Origin: Candidatus Hodarchaeota archaeon
Lineage (GTDB): Archaea; Asgardarchaeota; Heimdallarchaeia; Hodarchaeales; Hodarchaeaceae
Direction: 5' to 3'
DNA: 35,709 nt
Assembly (NCBI GenBank): GCA_016839785.1
Contig: JAEOTQ010000060.1
Location: 1-35,709, forward strand
The position numbers and the translations under genes were made by a program. Positions 26,981 through 35,709 of the stretch are shown here, piece after piece; positions within the stretch are counted from its first letter, which is position 1, and each line of letters begins with the position of its first letter. A model generated the notes under the pieces. The model saw only the letters and a list, made by a program, of their open reading frames with translations. It did not search any database and was not told the origin of the DNA.

Positions 26981-28660
26981 TCAGTTTGATTTAAAATCTC
27001 GACGTAAAGGTGTAAACATTGGAACATATAAGAGAGGAACCCAATCTTTGGGATTAGGTCGCCATCGACCGACAACAGCTTTAACTTCTTCACCTTCGGT
27101 GAAGTTACAGATCTTAGGATTGTAATTAAATCCTCTTACCATTCCCTGATCAAACATTGCCCAATAGGGATTACCAGGTTGACCAGCAGATTTTTTCGTT
27201 CCAGGGTTGTAAAAATGAACATTCTTAATTTTTGCTCGTTTAGGAATTTGAACTGTTTGTAACTCTTCTCCACAGATCCTTTTCGCATCAGAACTATTTT
27301 TCTGTATGCCACGTAAGCATTTACCTTTGAGTGCTTCGAATTTCACTGGTGGGGCAAAATCTGGGAAATTTTCTTTGCTCCAACTATCACCAAAATAGAC
27401 GGCCCCACATTTTGGACATCCTTCAACTTCGTAATATTCTTTTGATACTGGATCATATTCAATTAAAGCAATATGTTTAGCAGCATTGTCTGGATTATCT
27501 CGGAATCTGATATAATCATCAACCGAGATTTTCTGTTTGTAATCTATTTGTTCTTGAACAGTAGGAACTCCATTAGTCGCGGATTTGGATCCATTCTGTT
27601 TCACGGTGATGCTAATAACATCTGAACCAGCTCCTGAACCATAGAGAACTGTCATGATCTCGTCACCTACCTTAGCCCGTTCAATGGCATCACACAATGC
27701 AGTAGGCACAGTTGCAGAATATCCATTAGCGATTTGGGGTGCTAAATTGGACACTTTGACTCTTGGTTTAATACCCAACATTTTACCATCTGTATCAAAT
27801 TCTTTCTCGGCAAGCTTGACCTTATAATGATTTGAGACGTCAAGTAAGGCTTCATTCGGGAAAGACCCATTTGGACTGTGGATAACCCAAGTTTTGTTAG
27901 GGAGACACTTAGGGTCAATCGAATACCGTTCCACATGTTTCTTGACAGCAGATAAAATCATTCCACGAAATGCTAAGCTCGTCCCTTGACCCTCATGTTC
28001 AGGAAAACTCTCTCCTTCTTTTCTCACGAAATCAGAAAAGTCGTAATTAACAGAAGTACGCCCTTTAAGTTCAGCAATTCCATTGTCTTTCCCTAAAATA
28101 ATTGTCGTTGAATAGAAAGAAGCAGAAAATTCCAGATCGTCACCAGGTGCTCCTTGAGACGCATCGGTAGCAGTAATTGCGACATATCTACAACGATCCG
28201 CATCAATCAATGCCGCACCAATTTCTAAGAATTCACCAAAAGGTTTACACGCAAACTCTCCACGAACACCAAAACGCAAATTCGTTAATCCCGCTTTCCC
28301 TGCAATTGCTGTGCTAGATTTTACAGCATAGGGATAGGATTCAGATACCACAAATAATGCGTCGATTTGCGTAGGTTCGATATCTGCCCGCTTTATTGCA
28401 TAATTTAAGCTTTGAATACCAGCAGTTAAAGCATCTTCATTAGGTCCAGGGACAATTTTTTCTCGCAATAAGAGACGTTGATTATATACCCACCGAACAG
28501 ATCTTAATGCTTTACCTCTGAATCGGTTAACAGTATCTTTCATCATTCTGAATGCAACTTTATAATGTAATTGCGACATAGAATGATAATGATCGACTAA
28601 CTCCTCTATTTCCAGCCGATTGACAGGAATGAACGAAGCGATTGATTTAATTTCAGCCAT
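26981..28660 (-). CDS. Archaeal-type HMG-CoA synthase fused to a C-terminal DUF35 (Zn-ribbon/OB-fold) domain
   Basis: ESYPYAVK, EFACK (catalytic Cys), QGAPGDDLEF, HSPNG, NGYS and YGSGAGSD. The C-terminal GCPKCGAVYF...C...CG...PY...GEEVKAV...YVPMFTP region is DUF35-like. Confidence 0.85.
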   Translation of the reverse strand: MAEIKSIASFIPVNRLEIEELVDHYHSMSQLHYKVAFRMMKDTVNRFRGKALRSVRWVYNQRLLLREKIVPGPNEDALTAGIQSLNYAIKRADIEPTQIDALFVVSESYPYAVKSSTAIAGKAGLTNLRFGVRGEFACKPFGEFLEIGAALIDADRCRYVAITATDASQGAPGDDLEFSASFYSTTIILGKDNGIAELKGRTSVNYDFSDFVRKEGESFPEHEGQGTSLAFRGMILSAVKKHVERYSIDPKCLPNKTWVIHSPNGSFPNEALLDVSNHYKVKLAEKEFDTDGKMLGIKPRVKVSNLAPQIANGYSATVPTALCDAIERAKVGDEIMTVLYGSGAGSDVISITVKQNGSKSATNGVPTVQEQIDYKQKISVDDYIRFRDNPDNAAKHIALIEYDPVSKEYYEVEGCPKCGAVYFGDSWSKENFPDFAPPVKFEALKGKCLRGIQKNSSDAKRICGEELQTVQIPKRAKIKNVHFYNPGTKKSAGQPGNPYWAMFDQGMVRGFNYNPKICNFTEGEEVKAVVGRWRPNPKDWVPLLYVPMFTPLRRDFKSN

Positions 28661-28681
28661 AAGCTACAAATCCAAATTCAA

Positions 28682-28805
28682 TTACGTTACATAAAAATTT
28701 ATGTTGATAGGTCTTATAGATACTTCCATTTTGATCCTATTGGCAGGAATAAACGAGGCGGTCGATTCTTTCACAGCCATTAGTTACCATGTCCAGAGTA
28801 ATTAC
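28682..28805 (-). repeat. Diverged copy of the HMG-CoA synthase 5' end, containing a 32-codon ORF (28780-28682)
   Basis: MAVKESTASFIPANRIKMEV versus MAEIKSIASFIPVNRLEIEE, with the ATGs exactly 120 bp apart. The upstream flanks are also similar. Confidence 0.8.
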
Positions 28806-29045
28806 CTAAGATGAAACAATGCGAGTACTGTTATGCGAGAGGCAATACCAGTCTCTGTGCTTCAGATATAAAAATTCTTTTATTTATTATTTTAAGGTTT
28901 CTAGAGACTTTTTTCCGACAAAACAGCGAGATGGGTATGTGCAAGGGGTGAGCAATTAACCGATTGGTTCACACCACAATAAATATTTCCAAATAATATG
29001 AAAAGTTAATCATTTGATATCCTTGGGTAAGTCTCGAGGGGCAGT

Positions 29046-30128
29046 TTATACTACTCGAACGATCCATCCATAAGGATCTTCGATGTTCCCATATTGAATA
29101 TCGAGAAGCCTTTCCGTCAATTTTTTCGTTAAAGTACCAATCTGAAAATTATTTATAATATGATCTGCTTCTTGATAATATAGGCTACCTACGGGAACAA
29201 TCGAGGCGGCGGTTCCCGTTCCAAAACTTTCTGTCAACGTACCTTCCTTGAGCCCCCTAATTATTTTGTCAATCGGCAGTGCTTCTTCTCTTACAGTATA
29301 TCCGAAATCTCGAAAGATTTTGATGGCACTATCACGCGTAATTCCATGGACAATGGTATCACTCTCTAGGGGGGTAGTATAAATCTCTTCATTAAATACA
29401 AAAAAGATGTTCATGGCTCCGACTTCTTCTACATAGCGTCTATGAATAGCATCCAGCCATAATACTGCATCATATCCCTTATCTTTCGCTTTTTGTCCGA
29501 CAAACAGGCTTCCCCCATAGTTTCCCCCTGTTTTGGCACTCCCCATTCCTCCTGGAGCAGCGCGTATATACTGCTCACTGACATATATTTTCAAAATTTC
29601 TGGGAAATATGACTTTGACGGGAATAGAATAATGAAAAATAAGTATTCGTTCGAGGCACGTAATCCGATACTTGGCTCCGTTCCTATCATTGCAGGTCGT
29701 ATGTATATTGTCGATCCCTCAGACTTTGGAGCCCAATCTTTTTCCAGAATCAGTAATTTCTTTAATCCCGATAAATAAATCTCTGGATCAATTTCAGGCA
29801 TCATCATACGTTTGGCAGAGAGATTGAATCTTGCTGCATTTTCTTCCGGACGAAAGAGGTTAATGTGGCCGTCTTGGGTTCGAAAAGCTTTTTGACCCTC
29901 AAAAATAGTTTGACCATAATGAAAACACACTGCAGTAGGATCTAAGATGATAGGAGCGTATTTACTAATAGTTAAATCTTGCCATGATCCCTCCTTATAG
30001 CTAGCTGTAAACATTCTATCGGTTTTAATTTGACCAAAGCCAATGTTGTCTTCGGATTTATATTTCGGTTTCAATTCAGAGTCAGGAATATTTTCGACAC
30101 TTATCTGAAGATTTTGCATAACTTTCAA
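29046..30128 (-). CDS. ilvE: Branched-chain amino acid aminotransferase
   Basis: HYGQTIFEGQKA, YIRP, AKTGGNY, EEVGAMN, GITRDS and FGTGTAA motifs. The start may be ATG 30119. Confidence 0.95.
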   Translation of the reverse strand: MKVMQNLQISVENIPDSELKPKYKSEDNIGFGQIKTDRMFTASYKEGSWQDLTISKYAPIILDPTAVCFHYGQTIFEGQKAFRTQDGHINLFRPEENAARFNLSAKRMMMPEIDPEIYLSGLKKLLILEKDWAPKSEGSTIYIRPAMIGTEPSIGLRASNEYLFFIILFPSKSYFPEILKIYVSEQYIRAAPGGMGSAKTGGNYGGSLFVGQKAKDKGYDAVLWLDAIHRRYVEEVGAMNIFFVFNEEIYTTPLESDTIVHGITRDSAIKIFRDFGYTVREEALPIDKIIRGLKEGTLTESFGTGTAASIVPVGSLYYQEADHIINNFQIGTLTKKLTERLLDIQYGNIEDPYGWIVRVV

Positions 30129-30774
30129 GCGGAAGTTATTACACCGATTAAATAGGTTTGCTCTGAGCGGATATTTTTCACTACATACATAAGGATAATA
30201 ACTGCATAATCTACTTCAATCGCCGAAATGTGGCGTGTATTAACAATTTGGAACCGTTATGAAAAGGAATTTCTTGATCCATCTGGAATGATGAATGGTC
30301 TAAGTTTGGGGGTAGGTGTCTTTGAGAGAAAGAGGAATTGGAGACGATACTTGCGCATAGCTCTTCATAAAACGAATAGAACTCTCCATCCATTAATCAG
30401 AATGATTTCTATGAAAAATAAAATTGAAGAAAGGTGAAAAGTTTATATTACTTTTTCATATCATATTTTACTCAAAGGATCACTCGACTTATAGAAATAT
30501 TTCATTCATTTTTTATTTTTTTCTGATCCAATGGAAGCTTGGAACCTCGTTAAAGGTGATGTACGAGTAGAAGAAGCGGAGTCGTAAGAGTGTGTTTTGA
30601 CTACTTCTGATCTTATGTCTGGAGATATTCTATTTATCTTACGAAATTTATTCCCTCTTCTTAGTAATAGAAAGGATAAGATAAGATAATTAGCAGATAT
30701 GGAAAGAAAGCTGATAGAGAATAGGAATAAAACACTTCAATCTTACTTGACCCTTTTTATTACTCCTTGATAGA

Positions 30775-31941
30775 TCAAATAACATTAACCCACCAATTTT
30801 TCATTGCAAATTCATATATTTCCTGAACAGTTTGACCTATCTCTGTTGTATTAAACTCTTGTAGAGATGAAATAAGTTGTGCAAGATTCTTTCCCAATTC
30901 TTTCTTACTTAAATCTCCTGGATCTTCTAGGTTGGAATTATAAAGTTTCTTTAGGTCTGGAACACTTGAATTTCTGCATTCATTAATTTTACTTATTGTA
31001 AGCGTTAATTTATTACCATGTCTATTTGCTTGAATATTTAAAGCTTCAAGAATCTGATCATTAGTGAAATATGCCCATTCAAAGGAAGGAGAATGAATTT
31101 TGATTTTCAAATGATCTGATAGATAATCCAAAGAATCACTCGGTATCTGATGATAAGCATTTCTTATTCGATCAATAGCTTTCTGGATAAATAAGTCGAT
31201 TTTCTTCTTATTATTAAGAATTTTTTTCCATCTACCTTCCTTATCTAAAAAAATAAAGCATTTGGCTAAGGGAGCCCGTAAATGATAGTATTTGTTATCG
31301 ATGTCAGTGCCGATTCTTGGTTTTAAGAAATGAAAAAGAAGTTCCTGGAAGTTCTTATCTACACCCGAAAGATTATGGATATGAATTTTTGCTCTAGTAT
31401 AAATAAAAACACCAGTGGATGCAAGTTCATCAAAGAAGTTCTCTTCTGTTGTTCCTTCAACAAGCAAAAATAAATATGGAGAAGGATGAATTTGATACTC
31501 CAGTAATATTTGTTCAAGAAAATCTATGTTTGAATACCCCCTAATATCTCCATACCTCTTATCTTTCCATAAAGCTGTCTGTTGATTCAACAATTCATCT
31601 GCATTTGGTTGAGTAATATTTAGGACATCTTCTATAAAATACTTAAGAATTTCTTGCTTTTCGTAGTAATCCTGGGCAATTAGCGCAGGACCAGACAGTT
31701 TTTGAAGTTTTTCGTATGTAATAAATCGTATTAGAATAAACCATTCTTTCAAAGGATCTCTCGAAAACATATTTCGGATTAATTTTTTTCTCCAAGTTTC
31801 GATATGTTCGATATTTAGACTCCATTTTTCCAAAAGCTCTTTTCTATTAACAGTTTGCCTCTATTTTTCCCATTCATCCCAAGATGTCTGGTTTCCATTT
31901 GGTACATGATAATGAATTCGAAATTTTTTTGAGTAGTCTTC
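30775..31941 (-). pseudogene. Probable 5'-truncated gene with TOPRIM-like C-terminal domain
   Basis: LLVEGTTE and IFLDKE acidic motifs resemble OLD-type TOPRIM. The ORF starts at an unconvincing TTG (31833), and the frame continues upstream through a TAG (31861-31863) to 31941. Confidence 0.5.
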
Positions 31942-32072
31942 TCATGAACATTCCTCAAAAGAAAAAGAAAGTTAAATGGTGAAGATACAATAACGAACAG
32001 AAACAAAATAAATCCACGGATTATCATAAATTTCAGTTATTTGCGGAAAGCCCCCATTACCAAAATTAAAAG

Positions 32073-32732
32073 GTGAGAAAAATAAAGAATGCTGATCCAA
32101 GTGAACCAATAGAATTCAATTTTTTCAACGAGCTAGGCCGAAAAGTGGTTCATTTATCAGTTTTAATTATACCGTTTTCATATCACGTACTTAATTTTGA
32201 AATTTGGTTTATACTTCTTGGCCTTTTCAGTGTTTTGTGTTTTTTTATACCGATAGAGCTGTATCGGTTAAAGATTAATCAAAATACAAGGTTAAATTTA
32301 TTTATGAGAGAAGCGGAGAAAGAAGATCCAGCAAACTATATCTTCACTACTCTTATTTGGCTGCTTGTTTTACTTGGTGTTGATCTGTTTTATCCAATGG
32401 AGATTGCAGAACTTGCTTTAGTAGCAACTGTACTAGGTGACTCTGCAGCAGCTCTTATTGGTAAAGGAGTAGGAAAACGTCGTTTACCTTTTACTCAGGA
32501 AAAAACGGTGGAGGGGTACATTGGTGGAGTGTTTTTCACATATATAACCGGATATCTTTTTCTATATATTATAGGATCACCTTCGTTAGGCCTTCCCCTC
32601 TTACCAGCCATAGCTATTGCATTTCTTGATTTTTTTGAAAATTTGCCTTTTTGGGCGGCTGATAATCTTTTTCATCCTTTAATCTCAATTTTTTTAGCAT
32701 ATTTCCTAATTCTCTTTGACATAATTAAGTAA
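32073..32732 (+). CDS. Dolichol/phytol/DAG kinase family (CTP-dependent polyprenol kinase-like)
   Basis: ELGRKVVHL, GDSAAALIGK, KTVEG and DN motifs; multi-pass membrane protein. Confidence 0.88.
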   Translation: MRKIKNADPSEPIEFNFFNELGRKVVHLSVLIIPFSYHVLNFEIWFILLGLFSVLCFFIPIELYRLKINQNTRLNLFMREAEKEDPANYIFTTLIWLLVLLGVDLFYPMEIAELALVATVLGDSAAALIGKGVGKRRLPFTQEKTVEGYIGGVFFTYITGYLFLYIIGSPSLGLPLLPAIAIAFLDFFENLPFWAADNLFHPLISIFLAYFLILFDIIK

Positions 32733-32991
32733 GAAATGTAAATCAGTGATTAGAAATACTGTATTATTCTGAAAAATTGCCTATTAAAGTGGGATTATCC
32801 GATTTGAATTGCATAAACTACAGATATTATTACTGACGAAACATCTTTTACAGTAAGGAGTATTGCATGAGGGATTAGCACATTTCATTATAGCAATGTC
32901 TCCACAAGTATAACACCTTTTTTCGATCCAAATATTCCATGAGAACGACTAAAACGTTTAATTCTGTAATAGATTATTATCAGAATTAGGA

Positions 32992-33366
32992 ATGAAATTA
33001 GAAAAAATTGTTGTTGATTATAGTTCTTCTTTACCGTTTGAACTTTTTTATCAACGGTTAATTGAGGAAGGGTATCGTCATTTCTTTAGAAATGATATGA
33101 TTAGAAAGGAGTTAATAGTCTTCTTTACTCAAGAAGGTTGGAAATATCATGAATTTAAACTCGTAAGTCAGTACAAAATTACTCTGAACCTTCTTGTTCG
33201 TTTCATAAGGAATAAGATCTTTTCTCATCAACGAAAAATCCCAGAAGAGATGTATATAATTGGTTTAAAGCATCTATATCGCGAATTAGAAAATCGGGGG
33301 ATCAATCTAACCCAGGAAATCGCAATCCCTGCACATGCCCATCTATTGATGTTTTTTCCATCTTAG
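32992..33366 (+). CDS. Hypothetical protein
   Basis: 124-aa ORF filling an intergenic space, with AGGA upstream. No motif recognised. Confidence 0.6.
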   Translation: MKLEKIVVDYSSSLPFELFYQRLIEEGYRHFFRNDMIRKELIVFFTQEGWKYHEFKLVSQYKITLNLLVRFIRNKIFSHQRKIPEEMYIIGLKHLYRELENRGINLTQEIAIPAHAHLLMFFPS

Positions 33367-33372
33367 ACTTTC

Positions 33373-34089
33373 CTAGCTCTTTATTTCTGCCGTATCAGTT
33401 CGGGAATGCAGAAAAGTTTTTTCAAAAAGTGTGTAGAGTACTGCGAGAAATACTAGGAATGTATATAGCGCTAAAAACCAATCCAGGAGGTTTAAAATCA
33501 GAATTATCCAAAAAATGTATACATGACTATGAGAAATACCCTCGGGTTCATTTAAGAGTATGTTTCCTCTTATTGCCATCATGCTGAGCCATCCTAATAG
33601 TGAATACATGACAAAAAGAGTAAACCAAACATCTAATGTTATAATTGAGGTTGAATCCAACTGAAGAGTGAAAAAACCATCAGAATCTTGTATGTGAAAT
33701 CCTAAGGCTAAGAATAGAGGGATAGCTTTCCCATCTTCTAACGCACTATCTAACCATGAGCCTATCTTACTTGAATTTTCTCTCATTCTTGCTAGCTGGC
33801 CATCCACACAATCTAAGATAGCGGAGATCCAATAACAAAAACCAACAAGAAAGAGGAGAAAAATATTATTTTCGGCAATAAAAAGAATTCCAGCTCCAAT
33901 AAGTACAATTATGAATCCTACCCATGTAATTCGATTTGGAGTAATTACATTTATTGGATAGATCAAGTTTGTTATTGGTGTCGCAATTCTCCTACTAATA
34001 TGGAACGTGAAATCCTCCTTCTTATATGCGTCATCCTCACTTTTTTCTATATTAGGTTTCCCATATGCTAAAAGACGTTGTAAAGACAT
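33373..34089 (-). CDS. CDP-alcohol phosphatidyltransferase family protein
   Basis: ITPNRIT and DCVDGQLARMRENSSKIGSWLDSALED. Confidence 0.92.
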   Translation of the reverse strand: MSLQRLLAYGKPNIEKSEDDAYKKEDFTFHISRRIATPITNLIYPINVITPNRITWVGFIIVLIGAGILFIAENNIFLLFLVGFCYWISAILDCVDGQLARMRENSSKIGSWLDSALEDGKAIPLFLALGFHIQDSDGFFTLQLDSTSIITLDVWFTLFVMYSLLGWLSMMAIRGNILLNEPEGISHSHVYIFWIILILNLLDWFLALYTFLVFLAVLYTLFEKTFLHSRTDTAEIKS

Positions 34090-34227
34090 AGATTTTTAAC
34101 CTCTGAAGATGAATTTAGTACAAAATCCTCTTATCTCAAAAATCATTATATAAAATTTTATTAATTGATGATACTGGCTTTTAGATCAAAAATTTCAAAA
34201 TGTTATATTAAAATATTGTCTCTCTAT

Positions 34228-35292
34228 TCAGCTCGATTTCTTGGAATCCTCTATAACCTTTGTGACAAAATCTTTGTAATCCTGTATAGATGATCGATGA
34301 ATCCAATTATTTGTATCTAATAATCCGTTCACATTTGTTTTAAGCACTATTAGAGGCCATACTACCATAATACATAATACTTGGATTATCAGAATGTAAT
34401 CATTAACGAATTGTAAAGTGAAAATGCTAATTATTACTAAAATGGCTGACACAACAAGCAGTGATCGATACCTTTTAATTAGAATATCTTTTGATGCTAT
34501 TTTTGACTTCTTATAGTGATAATCGTGAATTGTAGAAAATATCGTATAAAGGAAGATACAAATGAAGTATGACACGAATGCATCAATTATATAGTGGTCT
34601 CCAGTTAGGATCACAACCCAAGAAGTAATAATTATTGCTGATCCGAATAGTGCTTCCCAATATTTCAGATTTTCAGCTTTTGCAGCAATATATGGAACAG
34701 TTAACGCCCAAATGTGTCCAGACGGAAAAGCATTATATTTTATAGAAATTAAGCTATCTCCAAAAGGTACAACTAGGATACGATAATGTAGCTCGGAAAA
34801 TAATCGTACAGGTGGAGCTGTCGGAAATAACCAATAGCCAGAAATATCGATGAGAAACATTATTGTTGTTAGAGCGATGTAAATGTATGGTTCCCGTTGA
34901 CGATATTTTTTTTCTCTGATTATCAGTGTAAATAGCACTAAATAAGCAGTTGCAGAAATAGAAAGAAATCCATATGTATAGAACAGAGCTGCTGCAATAC
35001 CAATGAGTGAATTAGTTGTTCCTAATGCTTTCTGGGCAAACACTGTTAAAAATTCATCAAAGACAAGATAACTTTCAGTTGATCTAAGATATTCATCATA
35101 ACCCCTAATATCCACAAAAAGATATAATACCCTGTAAACGATTGGTACTAATACAAATAAAATTAAACAAATAATATTGAATTTATTCACTGCAATTTGA
35201 TTGTATAAATTTTTTACTGCACTTATAGAAATAAATTTGATCTCTTTAGTAATATTTTCCAAAGATCTAGAATCTGTAGAAGGTGTATCCAT
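34228..35292 (-). CDS. PAP2 superfamily, AUR1/inositol-phosphorylceramide-synthase-like membrane enzyme
   Basis: LFPTAPP, NAFPSGH and HYIID (His/His/Asp triad); about 8 TM segments. Confidence 0.8.
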   Translation of the reverse strand: MDTPSTDSRSLENITKEIKFISISAVKNLYNQIAVNKFNIICLILFVLVPIVYRVLYLFVDIRGYDEYLRSTESYLVFDEFLTVFAQKALGTTNSLIGIAAALFYTYGFLSISATAYLVLFTLIIREKKYRQREPYIYIALTTIMFLIDISGYWLFPTAPPVRLFSELHYRILVVPFGDSLISIKYNAFPSGHIWALTVPYIAAKAENLKYWEALFGSAIIITSWVVILTGDHYIIDAFVSYFICIFLYTIFSTIHDYHYKKSKIASKDILIKRYRSLLVVSAILVIISIFTLQFVNDYILIIQVLCIMVVWPLIVLKTNVNGLLDTNNWIHRSSIQDYKDFVTKVIEDSKKSS

Positions 35293-35337
35293 AGTACTTT
35301 CAACTTTTAAGGGAGATTTGGGTATTTTTTTGGTAAT

Positions 35338-35370
35338 AGCAATAATATATTCTTATTTAAAATTATTGCT
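35338..35370. promoter_or_regulatory. Inverted repeat AGCAATAAT-N15-ATTATTGCT upstream of the PAP2 gene
   Basis: Perfect 9-bp arms enclosing a TATA-like TTTAAATA on the minus strand. Confidence 0.35.
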
Positions 35371-35709
35371 TATCTTACTACTGAAATATGAAGTTCAAAA
35401 TCTCTGCAAAGGAGGTTGATTCCATACTCTTGAATATTATACTCTTTTTTTCATGAAAATAAGTTTCTTTCTAAAAACGATGGTCTCTTTTTTCTTGGTA
35501 ATCATCCTAAATTTAAACCACTTTATAGAATGCTTCCTTAACCATTAGGAAATAAAAAAAAAGGGATAAATTAAGGTTTTGAGATGAAAAACTACAAAAA
35601 TGATCATGTTCTGCCTTAATGCAACGGGGTAGCAAAACAAGAGTTATTGCAGCAAGAATTATTTTCATATGGGAAATAAATAGGGTGTATGTTTGAGGGT
35701 TTAACCAAC

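Noticed and set aside
28904-29035. MITE bounded by GAGACTT/AAGTCTC
   Set aside because: The arms are only 7 bp, with no target-site duplication and no second copy in the window.
203-29778. Many short antisense or nested ORFs in the track (for example 203-517, 4727-5002, 11246-11503, 14164-14490, 22328-22675, 24173-24490, 29533-29778)
   Set aside because: They overlap well-supported genes and have no motifs, so they are shadow ORFs.
30211-30437. Small ORFs upstream of ilvE on both strands
   Set aside because: No motifs or clear expression signals; treated as debris.
31861-31863. Pyrrolysine read-through of the in-frame TAG
   Set aside because: The extended frame hits a TGA 26 codons upstream with no convincing start, and there are no pyl genes in the window. 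A nonsense mutation is simpler.
35420-35709. Partial gene or RNA at the window end
   Set aside because: AT-rich with no recognisable protein or RNA motif; it cannot be supported without flanking sequence.

Overview
AT-rich, gene-dense archaeal window, most likely from an Asgard archaeon (Heimdallarchaeia-like). The taxonomy is inferred from a stand-alone longin-like protein, a C4C4 RING-TPR protein and an archaeal-type HMG-CoA synthase. Contents, left to right: (1) a minus-strand block of candidate redox proteins (flavodoxin, a membrane protein with two H-x13-H pairs, TetR, a DUF2231-like membrane protein and a surface Ig+DOMON protein); (2) an amino-acid deamination/transamination operon converging on a 2-oxoacid/aldehyde oxidation gene run, whose korB is frameshifted by a 73-bp duplication-inversion; (3) longin-like, HIT, RING-TPR, a membrane-anchored plus soluble split-barrel (PNPOx-like) pair and DinB; (4) ArsR-Acr3, a methyltransferase, two DMT transporters and an Fpg/Nei glycosylase; (5) an HMG-CoA synthase-DUF35 fusion preceded by a diverged copy of its own 5' end; (6) ilvE and a degraded TOPRIM-like gene; (7) lipid enzymes (polyprenol kinase-like, CDP-alcohol phosphotransferase, AUR1/IPC-synthase-like). 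No rRNA, tRNA, CRISPR array or transposase was recognised. All calls come from motif reading by eye, without database searches.
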